This document shows positions 38,903 to 52,491 of a stretch of 64,000 nt of DNA, piece by piece (within the stretch, counting starts at the first letter, position 1; each line of letters begins with the position of its first letter). The notes beneath the pieces were generated by a model that was not told the origin of the DNA, ran no database searches, and saw only the letters and a list, made by a program, of their open reading frames with translations. Position numbers and translations under genes: made by a program. The stretch comes from Chara braunii (lineage: Eukaryota; Plantae; Charophyceae): NCBI GenBank assembly GCA_003427395.1, contig BFEA01000044.1, forward strand, positions 3,697,583 to 3,761,582, written 5' to 3'.

Positions 38903-39871
38903 TGTAAGGAAAATGAGCAATAACGAGATGACAACATCCAGATTGCACAATCACATTGAAAGCCAGAAAGTATCACAATGTTCAGAAAGCAGCATTGCAC
39001 CAATATAACACCAATGGAGAATGGTAGCACTGGAAACCGAATGTAAATGAGAGCTTGCTCTCGCCACCACCAACATAAGTGTCCAGGCCCTTCTCCCTAC
39101 TTGGCGCCCGGCGCCCAGCCTACTCCCTACACAACTACTATCTGCGTACTAATTGACAATGCAACTGTGGACGTCAGCAGCCAACGAAGTACTTGAAGAT
39201 GTCGACCCATGCAGACCATTGCCAATACCAAGGTATGTGCCCTCACATCATCATCATCATCCTTCTCTCTCTCCCTCGACTTTCACCCACGTCTTCCGTT
39301 TGTACACCCGAACACCACCCCTGCGCCCTGCTGTATGTCCAATCCCTCAGCCAGCTATGGAGGCTGGGCTATGGCGCTGCCCTCAGCAGCGCCCTGCTTC
39401 ACCACACGACCGCACCTGCGCAGCACCTTGCTCCAGCGCTAGCAGCCAGCACGCAAGCGATTGCTCCAGCAGTGCTGCCGCCAGCCAACAAGTGCCTGAA
39501 TCAGCCTCCAGGCAGCGAGCTCTTTCCTATATGGAAAGAGTCTGTCTGCCCCGACGGCCTGGCTGGGCTGGGCCTGTGCCCAGAAGCTTCCGATAGGCCC
39601 TAGGAGGCCGTGCCTCTGTTGCAGCTGCTGGGCCTCGTTCGGTTGGGTTTTTAACTGTCTGTGTATGATGCTGTGATTCTTGCCCAGGGCCAAAATCTTT
39701 GCTGCTCGGGGCCTGGGTTCCTCAACCAACTGACGCGGCGCAACTGCCTGAACCCCGAATACGAAATTGACAGCATAGGGCCTCTCGTGATTTATTAGGC
39801 CTGCCTTCACTTAGGGCTGGCACATTTGTATCAGCGGCCCCGTAGGCCTGCCGAGGAACCAATTCCTTGCA
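38903..39871 (-). repeat. 3' LTR of C
   Basis: Direct repeat of 46632-47663. Confidence 0.95.
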
Positions 39872-39919
39872 TTCCCTCCTTTACTTCGATAGTCTGCTGA
39901 GAAGTCTTCTAACCTGCAG

Positions 39920-42900
39920 GCGTCTTCCCCTTGAGTGTTCTTTCGTAGCCTGCAATCATTTGAGGTGCTGTTTGCTGTAGCTCTTCTCTTGTAAACCACC
40001 GATCTTCTAGGATCAGTATGGTGTCTGAATCTGACATGGTACTGCGTCCTTGGCTTTGGAGGACGGCCTCTACCTGGAGGTTTAGGTATTGGCATCACCC
40101 GATGCTCCACAATTGTTGATGTCCACTTCACCATCGATGGTTGGGGGCAGCATTGACCGTCTGGAGGGGACCTGTGCAGTCACTGCGAAAGGTGCCAGCT
40201 TTGAGGGGTGAAAAACTGGGTGTGTGCGTAGGTGAGGTGGGATGCGAATCACATAGGAAGGTCCGTCTATCTGGTCTCCCACTATGTCTAGGACCTCCCG
40301 AGGACCGGAGTATTGTGGCATTAGCTTTCTAGAGATTCCCAATTCCTGTCCCAGTTCAAATGATTTAACCTAGACCCGGTCTCCTACCTGAAACTAGATG
40401 GTCGTCTGTGCTTGTTCTCAGATGCCACCATGGCATCTTGAGCATTCTTAATGTGCTCTACAACTTGTTGCAGCATCTGTTCATACTTGACAACGAACTC
40501 GAAGCTGCCAGGTGGTCCAGATGGCCGAGTTTCTGGTAGTAGGAAATCTAAGGCGGTGCGAGGCTTCCAACCAAGATGTAGTTGGTTGGGAGTCATGCCG
40601 ACAGTGATGTGCACAACGTTATTTTACAGGCTGGCGACGAGAGGCAATTTCTCGTCCCAATTATCCTGACTTGGCTTGATGTAATGCCTTAGTAAGTGCT
40701 GCACTACTCGGTTCATCTGTTTCGCCTGTCCGTTTGACTGAGGGTGACTCCCTGACGTCATCTGCAGTCTGGTACCCATCTATTGGGCAGTAAAGCGAAC
40801 ACCCCTGTCGGTGACAATAGACTTGGGCAAGACAAAATCTCGTACCCAGTTATCCATAAACAATTTGATGACGCAGTCAGTTTTAGCAGTCTCCGACATA
40901 GCGATTAGTCTTGCATACTTTGAAAAGCGGTCCACTATAACGAAGATGTGTCTCTTTCCAGTCCTGCTGGTCACAAGAGTATCCATGAAGTTCATGGACA
41001 CTTTGCCCAGGACCTTCACGAATCGCGAAGGGCTTGATAAGCCCAAGTGGAGCCTAAGTCCTAAGTTTGTTCTGTTGGCAAACCTGGCAGGTCTCAACGT
41101 ACCTCTTAGCCTCTTGCATCATAGAAGGCCACCAGAATCTCTGTACTAAATTATTTGAAGTATTCTTATAGCCGGAATGACTAGTTGCATCATGACACTC
41201 GCCTAAAAACAAACTACGCAAAGACTCTCAACCAAGTACACATAGTCTCTTATTCCATGCCTTCTCAAGAAACAGCAAGCCATTCACCATCGTAAATTCG
41301 TCAGAAGTTTCTTTATCTTTCGCTTCTAACTTACGAATGATCTCAGACATTACTGGATCTTGCTAATAGGCTTCCACCAAGGATGGAGTTATATCGTCTG
41401 ATATACCGAAATCACTAGCGCACCCAGATAACCTGTCCTACGCGATAGTGCATCAGCCACTTTGTTATACTCTCCCTTGATTGGGTCAAGCTAATAGGCA
41501 TACATGTCTTTCACTTGGATACACCTTTTGAGTGTATCAGAGAGTACAGGCTGAGTCTTGATCCAGCGCAAAGTCTCATGGTCAGATCTCAAATAAAAGA
41601 ATCTGCCTAGGAGATAGTGTCTCCAATGGACCAGCGCTCTATAGAGGGCATAGAGCTCACGCTCATACATAGACTTCACTAACTTTTGAGATGACATCTT
41701 CTTGCTCATATACTTGATGGGCCTCAACGTTTTCCCCTCCTTTTGCGCAAGGACCGTGCCTATGCCATATTGGTTGGCGTCTGTGGTCACAGCATAGTGT
41801 GGCAGAGCATACTTCAATTTCTTGAAGCTTGCTTCACACTCTTGGGTGCACTCCCAAGGGGTGTCAAGGCGAGTTTAATGGAGAAAGCTATAATACTATA
41901 GTTTTTAACAAACGGACGATAGTAGTTCGTCATCCCCAAAAACGATCGGACCTCAGTAACAGTCTGAGGTCTGGGCCAGTCATGTATGTTGGTCACTTTG
42001 GCATCATCCGGCCTCAACCCATCCGCAAAAATTTCATGACCCAAGTACAAGATCTTGGTGCGACCGAACTCTCATTTCTCCAAGTTGACCTTGTACTAGT
42101 GGTGTCTTAGGAGACCTAGCACTGTTTTCAAGTGCGTAGCGTGCTCCTCTACAGTCTTACTAAAGATGAGGATATCATCGAGGTGCACGACGTACACGAC
42201 AATAAACTTACCTAAGTAATCTTGAAAAATCCTATTCATTGCGTGTTGGAATGTCCCATGAGCATTGCATAGGCCAAAGGGCATCACCACAGACTCGTAC
42301 AGACCGTACTTGGTCTGAAAAGCGGTTTTGTGCTGGTCCTCAGGTCTAATGGCAATTTGATGGTATTCGAACTTCAAATATATCTTGGTGAAGTACCGAC
42401 ATGCCTACACTCTATCCAATAGGTTGTCGATGCAGGGTAGGGGCTCCGCGTTCTTTACGATGATGGCATTGAGGCCCCTATAGTCAATGCACATCCTTAG
42501 TGTACCTCTCTTCTTGGGAACGAATAGGACTGGTGCGCCATTAGGAGAGGTACTAGGCCGAATCCATCCCTTCTCTGTGAGCTCTTTGAGCTGGCGGCAG
42601 AACTCATCCAACTTTGCAGGAGACATCCTATAGATCCGTCCTCTAGGTACTCTGCTACCAGGGACGACTTCTATTGCATTGACAACATCCCTTTCTACCA
42701 CACCACCGAGCTCCTAAAAAAGGTCCGGATACTGAGCAATGACTGCTTCTATTTCTGGGGGTGATTTTACGGCCTCCCGTTTCTCAGAGACAAAGACTAA
42801 GAGCATGCCCTCCTCGCGATTCTGCTTATAAGAGTTATAGAATGAGGATGCACACATACAACCGTAGTTTTCCACTAGACTGTTGGATTAACTTCTGCAG

Positions 42901-43437
42901 TCTAATGGTTCTACCATTTGCCAACTTGTGGATCATCACCTTTCTATCCCAATCGAATTGAGGATGTGCAACCTCGAGGTAGTACATGCATAGCATCATA
43001 TCGAATGGCAGCTCGTCACCGACTAGGAATGAGATTTTATGTCTCAATTTCCCTCCTCCATAGGAGAAGGTGCAGACTACGTCCTTGACAAAGTCTTGGA
43101 CAACCATGTGATGATTGTTGGCTAGCGTAGATGCTACAGATCTGCTAAGTCGCTGCACTTGGTCCCCTAAGCGCAATCTATCCACACAAGCACGACTGAT
43201 GAAGTTTCGTGTAGAGCCTATGTCTGCAAAGGCGCCCACTTTGCGGCCACCAACATCAACCTCTACCATGAAGTGTTCACCCCTAGGACCTTTACTAATG
43301 ATCGACCAAGAGTCTCGGGGGTCCTTGCCTGACCACTCATACCGTAACTCTTTTAGGGAATCAGACATCTCTCGAACAGAGCATCGGTGGGTTTGAATGT
43401 CTCTGCGGGGCGATGGGTGGGTCACTAGCTTGGCCAA
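39920..43437 (-). pseudogene. pol: Gypsy pol of C (PR, RT, RH, INT, chromodomain-like tail)
   Basis: [56 protein letters not shown]...YHVRF. Confidence 0.94.
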
Positions 43438-43487
43438 CGCCTAAAGTGGTGAAGGCAACGTTACCACTTCAGCACTAGTAAGAGCGG

Positions 43488-45271
43488 CTAACACTCATAC
43501 TGGCCCGAGGTGTTTCCCTGCAAATTGCTCACAGATGCACCACCAGGGTTCAAAGATAAGCCCACCACTATTGGAGAGGCTACCTTCGTGGTGACCTTCT
43601 TGCCTCGACATGTTCTTGATGTGTGGCCATAGTTGCCACAGTTTAGACAAGCGCCCCTAGCAACTCGGTCCCTCCACACCTCATAGTCTAAACCAAGTTT
43701 CACCCAAGGGGGTTGAAGCGGGTGGCCCTTGGTCGCCCTGACCCTTGGACTTTACCTTTTGTTTCCCGGTCCTCTTAGTCTTTTCCTTGATTGGAGCTAC
43801 GACTCCCCCATCCGAAGTCTTGCTAGCCCCATCCAGCTTTGTGTCTTCCCCATAGTCAGGGAAGTCATCAATTTCTGTCGCCTGACCATTATGGTCGACG
43901 AACATAAGATTGCCCTTCTTCCTCCAGTCTTGGGGAAGTTCCTTCCTCCTACCATCTCCTAAACCCTGATGAGCAGTCCCAAGCTTAGCCTAATGTCTAA
44001 GGCTTTCTTGTTGAAGGTTGCGAAGCTATGTACTTCGATGTTGGCCTCATCCACCAGCTTATTATTGACATCAGTAGGCAGACGTCTCAAATAATATGTG
44101 AGGAGTACGTAACGAGTCATAGCGCACACCAGGTACTACAATCAAACGTTCTACGGCGTTTGTGACTTCACGCACAGTCCTGTACCGTTTGGAATAGAGA
44201 CTGTTTATCGCGCCAGTGGCCTTTTGAGCCCCTTGTACACAGTCCGTATGAAGTCCTCTAATTTCTGGGCCTGGGCCCAGACATCAAAATTTTGACCATA
44301 GCCCTGCTGCTGCACTAAGCCGTTCAACCATCGTGCTGCAGATCCTTGTAAAAAGGAAGCAGCCACCATAACTTCTTGTTATAGCCTTGTGAGTTTGTGC
44401 CTCACATAAGTAGGCACAATCCTCACCAGGTGTCCAGGTCCTCATCCTTTTTCGTGTCGCCAGAAAAAGGTTTAGGACTCAGCAAGGGAAGCTTGGGCAT
44501 CCGTTGCATGGGCTTGATTTGCCCAGGTGATTGCTGAAGTGGCTGCATAGCCACTGAGACAGGTTGCTGCGTGCTAACCTGAGCCTGTCCTGACGATGGG
44601 ATTGTAGCTGTCACGGCCCTCGATGGTACGGGAGAAGTTCCACGGACCGGACCACTACTTGCTACTAAACCACCTGTGAGAGGCATGCCAAACATAGTAG
44701 AAAAAGAGTGCCCTACTGGCAATGTCGTCACTAAGGGACCCGCAAACGAAAGGGGAGCTCCAGAGTATTGAGGCTGCCTCATCATTGGACGAGGGGCCTG
44801 CAGGGCAGCCAGAATCCGGTCCTGACCGGCCATTAGCTGAGCCAACACTTCCTGCTAGACAACCTGCGTTTCTGCCATGCATAGCAACGAACAACGCAAC
44901 GCTTGTATAGCAGGATCTAATGTTGACTCATTCAGTGCTTCTAACTTTCCTAGCTCCTGCCTCCTAGTTCCTAATCTAGCTTTTCTGGTTATCACTTTCT
45001 GTCTTCTCTCTGCTGCATCTCTCAACTGTTGCTGCAGCTCAGCATAAAGTGCTTTCGCCTGGAGGATCTCATAATCCTCCGGTGTGAGAGGAGTCTGTTG
45101 GCTGACTTGCGACTCAACTCTGACTAATGGAACCCAGAGTAGCCCCCTAACTAACTCCTGACGAAGAGGCCTGGGACAAGGCCTGTGACACGCTAGAGGC
45201 GGTAGCCCAAGGCTGGCTGTTGCTTCCCTAGGTCTCCTTAATGCCACACTCTCCGTAGCTTCCCTCCACAA
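43488..45271 (-). pseudogene. gag: Gypsy gag of C
   Basis: Coiled coil, PKPFSGD...DTW, CCHC knuckle CLNCGNYGHTSRTC. Confidence 0.88.
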
Positions 45272-46616
45272 TCTCCTTTCCTCTCCTGGACCTTATTCTT
45301 GGAACGTCATTGGTCGACTGAGAGCTGTTCTACGGCAAACTCTAAGAGGTTCTACTACTTGTTCCTCCTCCTCGCTACCGCTTGCATCACTCGTGAGCTA
45401 CAGTGGTGTATGGTCATAACACCAACCGAGAAATATATTTTATTAGTTTCGGTCAGCCTGGAGAGAAGTAGTCAAGTGGTAAGTAGCAACTAGTGTCAGA
45501 TCCTACGAGTAAACACTATTTCTATTTTTAGATTACACTTTAACACAAATGCAATGCAGCAAGGAAGATACTATCCTATCTGCAGCTATCTATCAGTTGT
45601 CACCAAGTCCATACAACTAAATAATCAAAAATAAAACTAGTGCACCTGTGGAGATGTATGCTGGATGGCAGTTTATCTAATCAGTGCCACTGCGAACAAT
45701 TGCGGGAATCCCCCCTCCCCCGGTATCCCTCTTGAGTAGCGATTTCGTGTCAATGCCCAGAGCATCTGGTTGAGCAGCATGTTTGAAGGTGTGCAATCCG
45801 GCCCACCCCTGTGCCCCAAGTCTATGTTAAGCCTGCCAGCGCTTGCGCTTTGTTTACCCTCGCATGCAACGAGCCTTACTTCTGGTTTGATCTGGCTGAT
45901 CAAGAGGCAATTTAAGGACAGTCCCTAAGGTCCTCAGGAATTATTTAACGTCGCAGACAGGACGACGATCACAGCCAGGGTCCAAACCTGGAACCCGCCA
46001 GACGGTCTGGTGAGCGTCTGTCGAAGGGCTGGCATGCCCAGCATGACCTCTATTGCGCAGCTGCAGAACCAAGGATTTGCGGCAAAGCATGCATGTACTA
46101 GTCCCAGCGGGTTGGGATGGTGACCGTGACCCGAGTGCTTCGTCCAGGGCCCTTCAGAGGCTTTGCCCGTCTCCCACCAGCTTGCTGTGCAGGAAGAATG
46201 TCGACTCTCAAGGCTGAGCGCTCACGACACCTCACAATGAGAGGACTCTCAAGACAGAACTCACTTCTTCACGGTAAGAAGTAATGAAGAGGGTAGATAA
46301 GGAAGAGAGCAACGTACCTCATAATGCTGCCCCCAAACACAGATTTCTCACCGGCAACCTGACGTGCATTTATGATGGCTGGTCTCTGCCTCGGCACAAC
46401 AAACAGCGAAATGCAGTTCCACCTAGTCTTAAATGCCACATCAGCAAGCTCTCATCATCCAGCGTACATCCCTTATGTCACCACATAGCCTTCCCGGCGT
46501 GCCCACACAACCCTGGGCCGCCTATTGTTCAACGCCCAAGCCTTATCACTGCCCCACACCTCATGCGAAGCACCGAACAGCTAATGCGAAGAACCAGTAA
46601 AGCGCAGATCGAACCA

Positions 46617-46628
46617 GCTCTGATACCA
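46617..46628 (-). promoter_or_regulatory. Primer-binding site of C (initiator tRNA-Met type)
   Basis: Exact TGGTATCAGAGC. Confidence 0.9.
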
Positions 46629-46631
46629 ATT

Positions 46632-46973
46632 TGCAAGGAAAATGAGCAATAGCGAGATGACAATATCCAGATTTCACAATCACATTGAAAGCCAGAAAGT
46701 ATCACAGTGTCCAGAAGCAGCATTTGCACCAATATAACACCAATGGAGAATCGTAGCACTGGAAACCGAATGTCAATGAGAGCTTGCTCTCGCCACCACC
46801 AACACATGTGTCCAGGCCCTTCTCCCTACTTGGCGCTCGGCGCCCAGCCTACTCCCTACACAGCTACTATCTGCCTACTAATTGATAATGCAACTGTTGA
46901 CGTCAGCAGCCAACGAAGTACTTGAAGATGTCGACCAATGCAGACCATCGCCAATACCAGGTATGTGCCCTCA

Positions 46974-47024
<51 letters not shown>

Positions 47025-47663
47025 TCTCTCTCTCCCTCGACTTTCACCCACGTCTTCCTTTTGTACACCCGAAGACCACCCCTGCGCCCTGCTGTATGTC
47101 CAAGCCCTCAGCCAGCTATGGAGGCTGGGCTATGGCGCTGCCCTCAGCAGCGCCCTGCTTCACCACACGACCGCACGTGTGCAGCACCTTGCTCCCGCGC
47201 TAGCAGCCAGAACACGAGCGATTGCTCCAGCAGCGCTGCCGCCAGTCAGCGAGTGCCAGAATGAGCCTCCAGGCAGCGAGCTCTTTCCTATATGGAAAGA
47301 GTCTGCCTGCCCCAGTGGCCTGGCTGGGCTGGGCCTGTGCCCAGAAGCTTTCGGTAGGCCCCAGGAGGCTGTGCCTCTGTTGCAGCTGCTGGGCTTCGTT
47401 TGGTTGGGCCTCCCAACTCTCTGTGTATGATGCTGCGATTCTTGCTCAGGGCCTGCATTTCAGGAAAGGCCTGGAAGGCTGTGGAAAATCTTTGCTGCTC
47501 GGGGCATGGATTCCCTTTCAACTGACGCGGCTCAACTGCCTGAACCCTGAATACGAAATTGACAGCATAGGGCCTCTCGTGATTTATTAGGCCCGCCTTC
47601 ACTTAGGGCGGACACATTTGTATCAGGGGCCCCTTAGGCCTACCGAGGAACCAATTCTTCGCA
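46632..47663 (-). repeat. 5' LTR of C with expanded (CAT)n
   Basis: Direct repeat of 38903-39871; (CAT)n at ~46975-47021 is much longer than at ~39246-39260. Confidence 0.95.
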
Positions 47664-49595
47664 CATGGGACAGAAATGCACAATTTAGATGTGAACGCAC
47701 GGGCGAGAAATGCACAATTTACTATTTAGATGTGAACGCACGGGCGAGAAATGCACAATTTAGTTGCGAAACATTGTATGCACATTTTTATGGGACGCTG
47801 GGCCTGGCTCCCAGCGGGTGCAGCTCCCCACCTATAGAGCGGAACAGAACTCTATTTGAATTTTGAAAGGGGAAAAAAAGGTATAATTCCATGATGCTGT
47901 TTCAGTCAGAAATGCACACAAATTGTGAAGTGCTTTCTTAGGGGCTCGCCACACAGCTCTCGAAAAGGCAACAACTTTCCAGAGGCGTTGGACATTTTCG
48001 AGCATTGCAATTTTTTGAGTTCTGGGCCGTTCGCAGCACATTACTGACAAAGCGGCCAAGCAGATTGGGAAAAGACAGTGGCCATGAGTAGAGGACACAC
48101 GTTTGTCTGTCCCAACCTCAGGCCAACTCTAGAATTTTGAAGATGCTGTGGAGAGGGAGGTGGAGGATTCTTGGATGTGGTGAAGCTGCAGGCCGAGGAT
48201 ACCACCGTTTCGGAGGTGCTTTCGAAACTTTTTTTTCTCTCTCTTTTTCTTTAAACAGGTCCCTACGGCCCTGGCTCCATTTCCATTCTGGGGAGCGTCA
48301 GTCCGGTTCCCATTCCACTGGCAAGTCAGATTAAGATATTACATCATGAGGCACACTCGCACTTTCCTTCCATCTGGCCAAAGGAACCCTGACCAGCATT
48401 TACTACTCCAACATTGTGGAGGATTGCCTGTCAGCTCGCCTTACTTCCACTTTTCCTCTCAGGTCCACTGCGTGAGCCTGCCAGATCATACATAAAGAGC
48501 GAGAAAGGTACTAGAAGCTACCGAAGGTACAAATTTCGGAATTCCCCCTTCCAGATTATGTGGCCTGTGAAGGCTCTTGTCCATCTGTCAGGTGGGATCT
48601 CTGCCCCCTGCACCTCACTTCGGAGTTGTGCCAGTCTTTCCACCGTATGTGAAAGTGATTGATCTGCTACTTTGCCCCCTGCGGGCCACACCTTGGTAAA
48701 TTTATCCATAATTCTCTTTTGTTGCTCTTCGTCATCTGGCATGGAGTGTCTCGTCTTATGTTTCTTGTTTAGGGTCTATAATAACCAGGCCCCTTCTGTC
48801 TGGTTGCCTTGTGATATAATGACATGCTATCTTTGGTATACAGTTCTCTTTGTTGGGGTCTCCTGACCATAGGTACGCTCTTGCTTTGCGGTTGAGGTCT
48901 TTAAGTGATTCGTCTGGGATTGTCCAGATTGAAGCTATGTACCACATCATTGAGAAGATGGATGTATTAATGGCTAATGCGCGACCCAGCAAGGAAGTAA
49001 ATGTGTATCCCAACCTTCCCAGCTTGCTTATTTGTTTGGAGAGTACATTCTGGGCCATTTGAGGGGCCAAGCCTTCTTTAGTCATCAGAATACCCAGGTA
49101 TCACGTGGGAGTGTCCATTGTTTCCCACGTCATGGCTGCCTCTGGACCCTGGTTCTGGGGGATCGCGTCCTCAGCTAACCACTACACTATTGTTTTTCCC
49201 CAGTTGATTTTCATTTCTGATGCCAGTCTGAATGCTTCCATGGCTCTTACTAGCGCAGCGAAGGATGAGTCCGAGGCTCGAAAGAGGACAGAGAGGTCGT
49301 CTGCAAACATTATTACAGTAGGAAATCTTAGTGGTGAGCTGATCCTACATTTACTTCTGGTAGCCTGTGTATGGAAGGGTCTTTGTGTAGGGATGATGCT
49401 ATTGCTTCCATCACAAACAGGAAAATTGGGGGTGCTAGCGGGTCCTCTTGGCGGACCGAACGTGAGATTGGCCATTGACTTGGACGCAGCCTATGGCGTC
49501 GTTGTCTAGAATACGTACCCATTTCTTGAAGTTCGCCCCTACTCCCATCTTTTCCATGCTTGCATTGAGGAAGGTCCAATTGACCTAGTCGTATG

Positions 49596-50115
49596 CATGG
49601 TAACCCCGGACCCGGACACCGGACACTTTCGGACTGTCTTCCGGACCAGTGTCTGGACTGGTCCGGACTGTCCGGTGATCCGGACATCACCGGACACTGG
49701 ACATCACCGGACACTGGACATCACCGGACACTGGACATCACCGGACACCGGACAGTCCGGACCGGTCCTCGGGGTGCAAAAATGTCCGGACCCAAAAAAA
49801 ATAAAATAATAATAATAATACTAAAAACTGGGGGGGTGGGGGGGGTGTTGGCAGGCACTCACCTGCTTTGCACTCTGTAGTTCAAGCAGCAGAGCACGTG
49901 TCTTGCAACAAATCAACCAGCACATTTAACCAGCAGACATGCAGAATTGCAAACAGTGCAAAGCAGGCACAAGACTAAAGAAACAGAGAATTTCTTTCTT
50001 AAAAAAGTATGATTAACTTTGAACTTTGGATTTAGTAATTTAAGTTCATAACTTCATATATAACTTGCAGTTCAATTTAGAACGTCAGAGTCTTTAGACT
50101 GGCAGCACTGTCAGT

Positions 50116-50203
<88 letters not shown>

Positions 50204-50522
50204 CCTCTCTCCAACGGGCAGCAGCGGTGGGCGGCATGTCGAAACGGCCGCTTTGAAATTGCTTGGGCCTGTGCGAAACCCGCCACCTCAAAAACCTGCA
50301 GTGTCTTGTGTCCGGACCTCTAGGCCGTGTCCGGTGGGGTGAAACGACACTAAAAAATCACCCCGTTATTTTTTGAGGGGCGGCCAGGACATTATAAATG
50401 TCCTGGGCCACCGCATTTTTTTTTTTTTTTTTTGCCCCAGGGGCCTCCATCCGGACATGAGGACCGGACACCGGACACCGGACTGTCTGGAATCCGGTCT
50501 GGACATCCGGACGGTTGCCATG
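49596..50522. mobile_element. hAT-like MITE inserted at the RT DFEKAYD motif
   Basis: TIRs CATGGTAACC / GGTTGCCATG; perfect 8-bp TSD GTCGTATG (49588-49595, 50523-50530); CCGGAC subterminal arrays, a 17-bp tandem and (CT)n. Confidence 0.95.
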
Positions 50523-50594
50523 GTCGTATGCCTTCTCGAAATCAAAGAAAAGTATTGTTGTGGTAATCCTCTTTTCCTAGACTTTATTGGCCGC

Positions 50595-50724
50595 CTCATT
50601 GAGGGTAAGTACGTTGTCCAGTATGTACCTTCTGGGGATGAAACCTGTTTGGTCGATGTCTCATTGAGGGTAAGTACGTTGTCCAGTATGTACCTTCTGG
50701 GGATGAAACCTGTTTGGTCGATGT
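50595..50724. repeat. Perfect 65-bp tandem duplication in LINE RT
   Basis: ctcattgagggtaag...ggtcgatgt at 50595 and 50660. Confidence 0.92.
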
Positions 50725-52491
50725 GAAAACATTTGTCTGTCAGATCCAAGATCCTGAAGGCCAGGGCTTTGGCTAGGATTTTATAGGGCAATGTTAATAG
50801 AGATTAGGTCTGTAGTTTTTTATGTCTTCTTTGTCACCTTTTTTATACAGCAAGGTCACCACAGCACTACTCAGCAGATTCCCTGACCCCCCCCTTTTGC
50901 CAACTGTCATTGTAGAAGTTCAACAGATCCTCCCCTAGAAGCAGCCATAACTTTTCCCAGAATTCGTTCGTTAGTCCGTCGATCCCAGGTGACTTGTTGT
51001 TATTCATACTCTGTACCGCAAATTGCAGTTCCTCAAGAGTGATGGGTTTGTCAAGAGATTCTGCTTGCTCCTCTAATATTGTTTATTCTAAATATTGAAG
51101 CATCCTGGACCGTGCTTCTATGGTGCTAGGTGGAGTGGGCGTAGGGGTCTTTGTATGGTACAACTCTTCATAGAATTCCCTGGCTATGTTCAACATTCCT
51201 TCTTTGTACGTTAGTGTTTCGGGTGGGCTTGTAAGGGTCTTCAACCCTTCTATAGAACTTGATCTTGCATTTGCTTTGATTCTTGCAAAGAAATGTTTTG
51301 ACATTGATTCACTCAGCTCATGTTCGTTCGTTCTAGCTCTTATTTGTAAGCCCTTCAACTCCCACCATCTCCAAATGGTTAGTTCTTCCCTTGCTTTTTG
51401 AAAAACGTCTATATAGCGTAGAGGAAGGATTGTCAATTAGATTTGTCTCTGCTTGAGGGCTGTCTCCAGAGCTTGTTTCCTCTGCTTTCTGTCATTCACC
51501 AATTTCCTTGACATTTTGGCTATCGTTTGTGATAATGTAGAGTAACTTCTTGAAACCATGCCCACCTATCTTGGATAGGTAGGTAATTGCCGCTCATATT
51601 CTGCCAGCATTCCCTAACTCCCACTTGGAAGGAATGGCTCAATAGGAGGGAGTTGTTCGGTTTGTGAAAGCTAGAACCCTTTTTAACATATTGATCAAAA
51701 TTGATAATGAGTTCAATGGGTTTATGGTCCAGACTCGGGTAGGGTTGTAGGGGAAGAATCTTTGCACTTTTGGTTGTTCCCATTAGCATCTTTGAGAGAA
51801 GGAAGTAATCGATGAAGGAGAAAGCGGTGTGTTGTGCATGATTCGTTTTTACCAGCGTGAAGGCTTTTGTCCACGGATGCAGAGTATGTTATGGTTCAAC
51901 CAGATTGTGATCCGGTATCAGCTTCTGGATGGGTTTTGCCTCCTGTGTAGGCTGACTAGCCGAGGATTTAGAAATACGATCGGTGGAGGGATCCGAAGTC
52001 GCATTCCAGTCCCCCGCCAGAATGCAGGCCGAAAAGGGAGTGATCAAATGTTCAATGCTTGTTATGAATGTTGCTCTGTCTGAGGAACTGTTTGGTGCAT
52101 ATACATTGATTACTCTGAATTCTTCCTCTTTCCATTTTAGATCCATGAGGCACCATCTACCCTGTACCGTGTCTGCCTCTATGCCCATTACTGAACCTGT
52201 CGTGTAGAGGCGAGATGATTTTGGTATGAGGATAGTTGTCCCTTTTGTGCTTGACTCATTATCTGCTGACCATATTTCATCTTTGACTCCTAGCTTCTTT
52301 GCTAATACTTTTCGAATTATGTTGTGTTCCGCTGAGAAGGTGAGGTGGGTTTCTTGTAACAGGATTATATTTGCTGGTTTGTTTGTGTGCGTCGTCAATC
52401 CTTTGATTATGTTATTCAATTTCTCTTTTTTTTCCACTATGTTACCCAGTCCATTAACATTCCAACTTCTGATGACTATTCCTTGTGTCCT

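Larger units (their letters stand above)
38903..47663 (-). mobile_element. Structurally complete chromovirus-like Gypsy element C (ORFs decayed)
   Basis: LTRs 38903-39871 and 46632-47663; 4-bp TSD CATG (38899-38902, 47664-47667); PBS TGGTATCAGAGC at 46617-46628; PPT at ~39872-39880. Confidence 0.96.
48518..52480 (-). pseudogene. LINE ORF2 (APE endonuclease + RT)
   Basis: SWNVNG, LQETH, INVYAPN, AGDWN, DHKP (APE); KSPGIDG, YKILAK, QTGFIP, DFEKAYD, VRQEDPLAP, FADD, INWGKT (RT). Confidence 0.93.
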
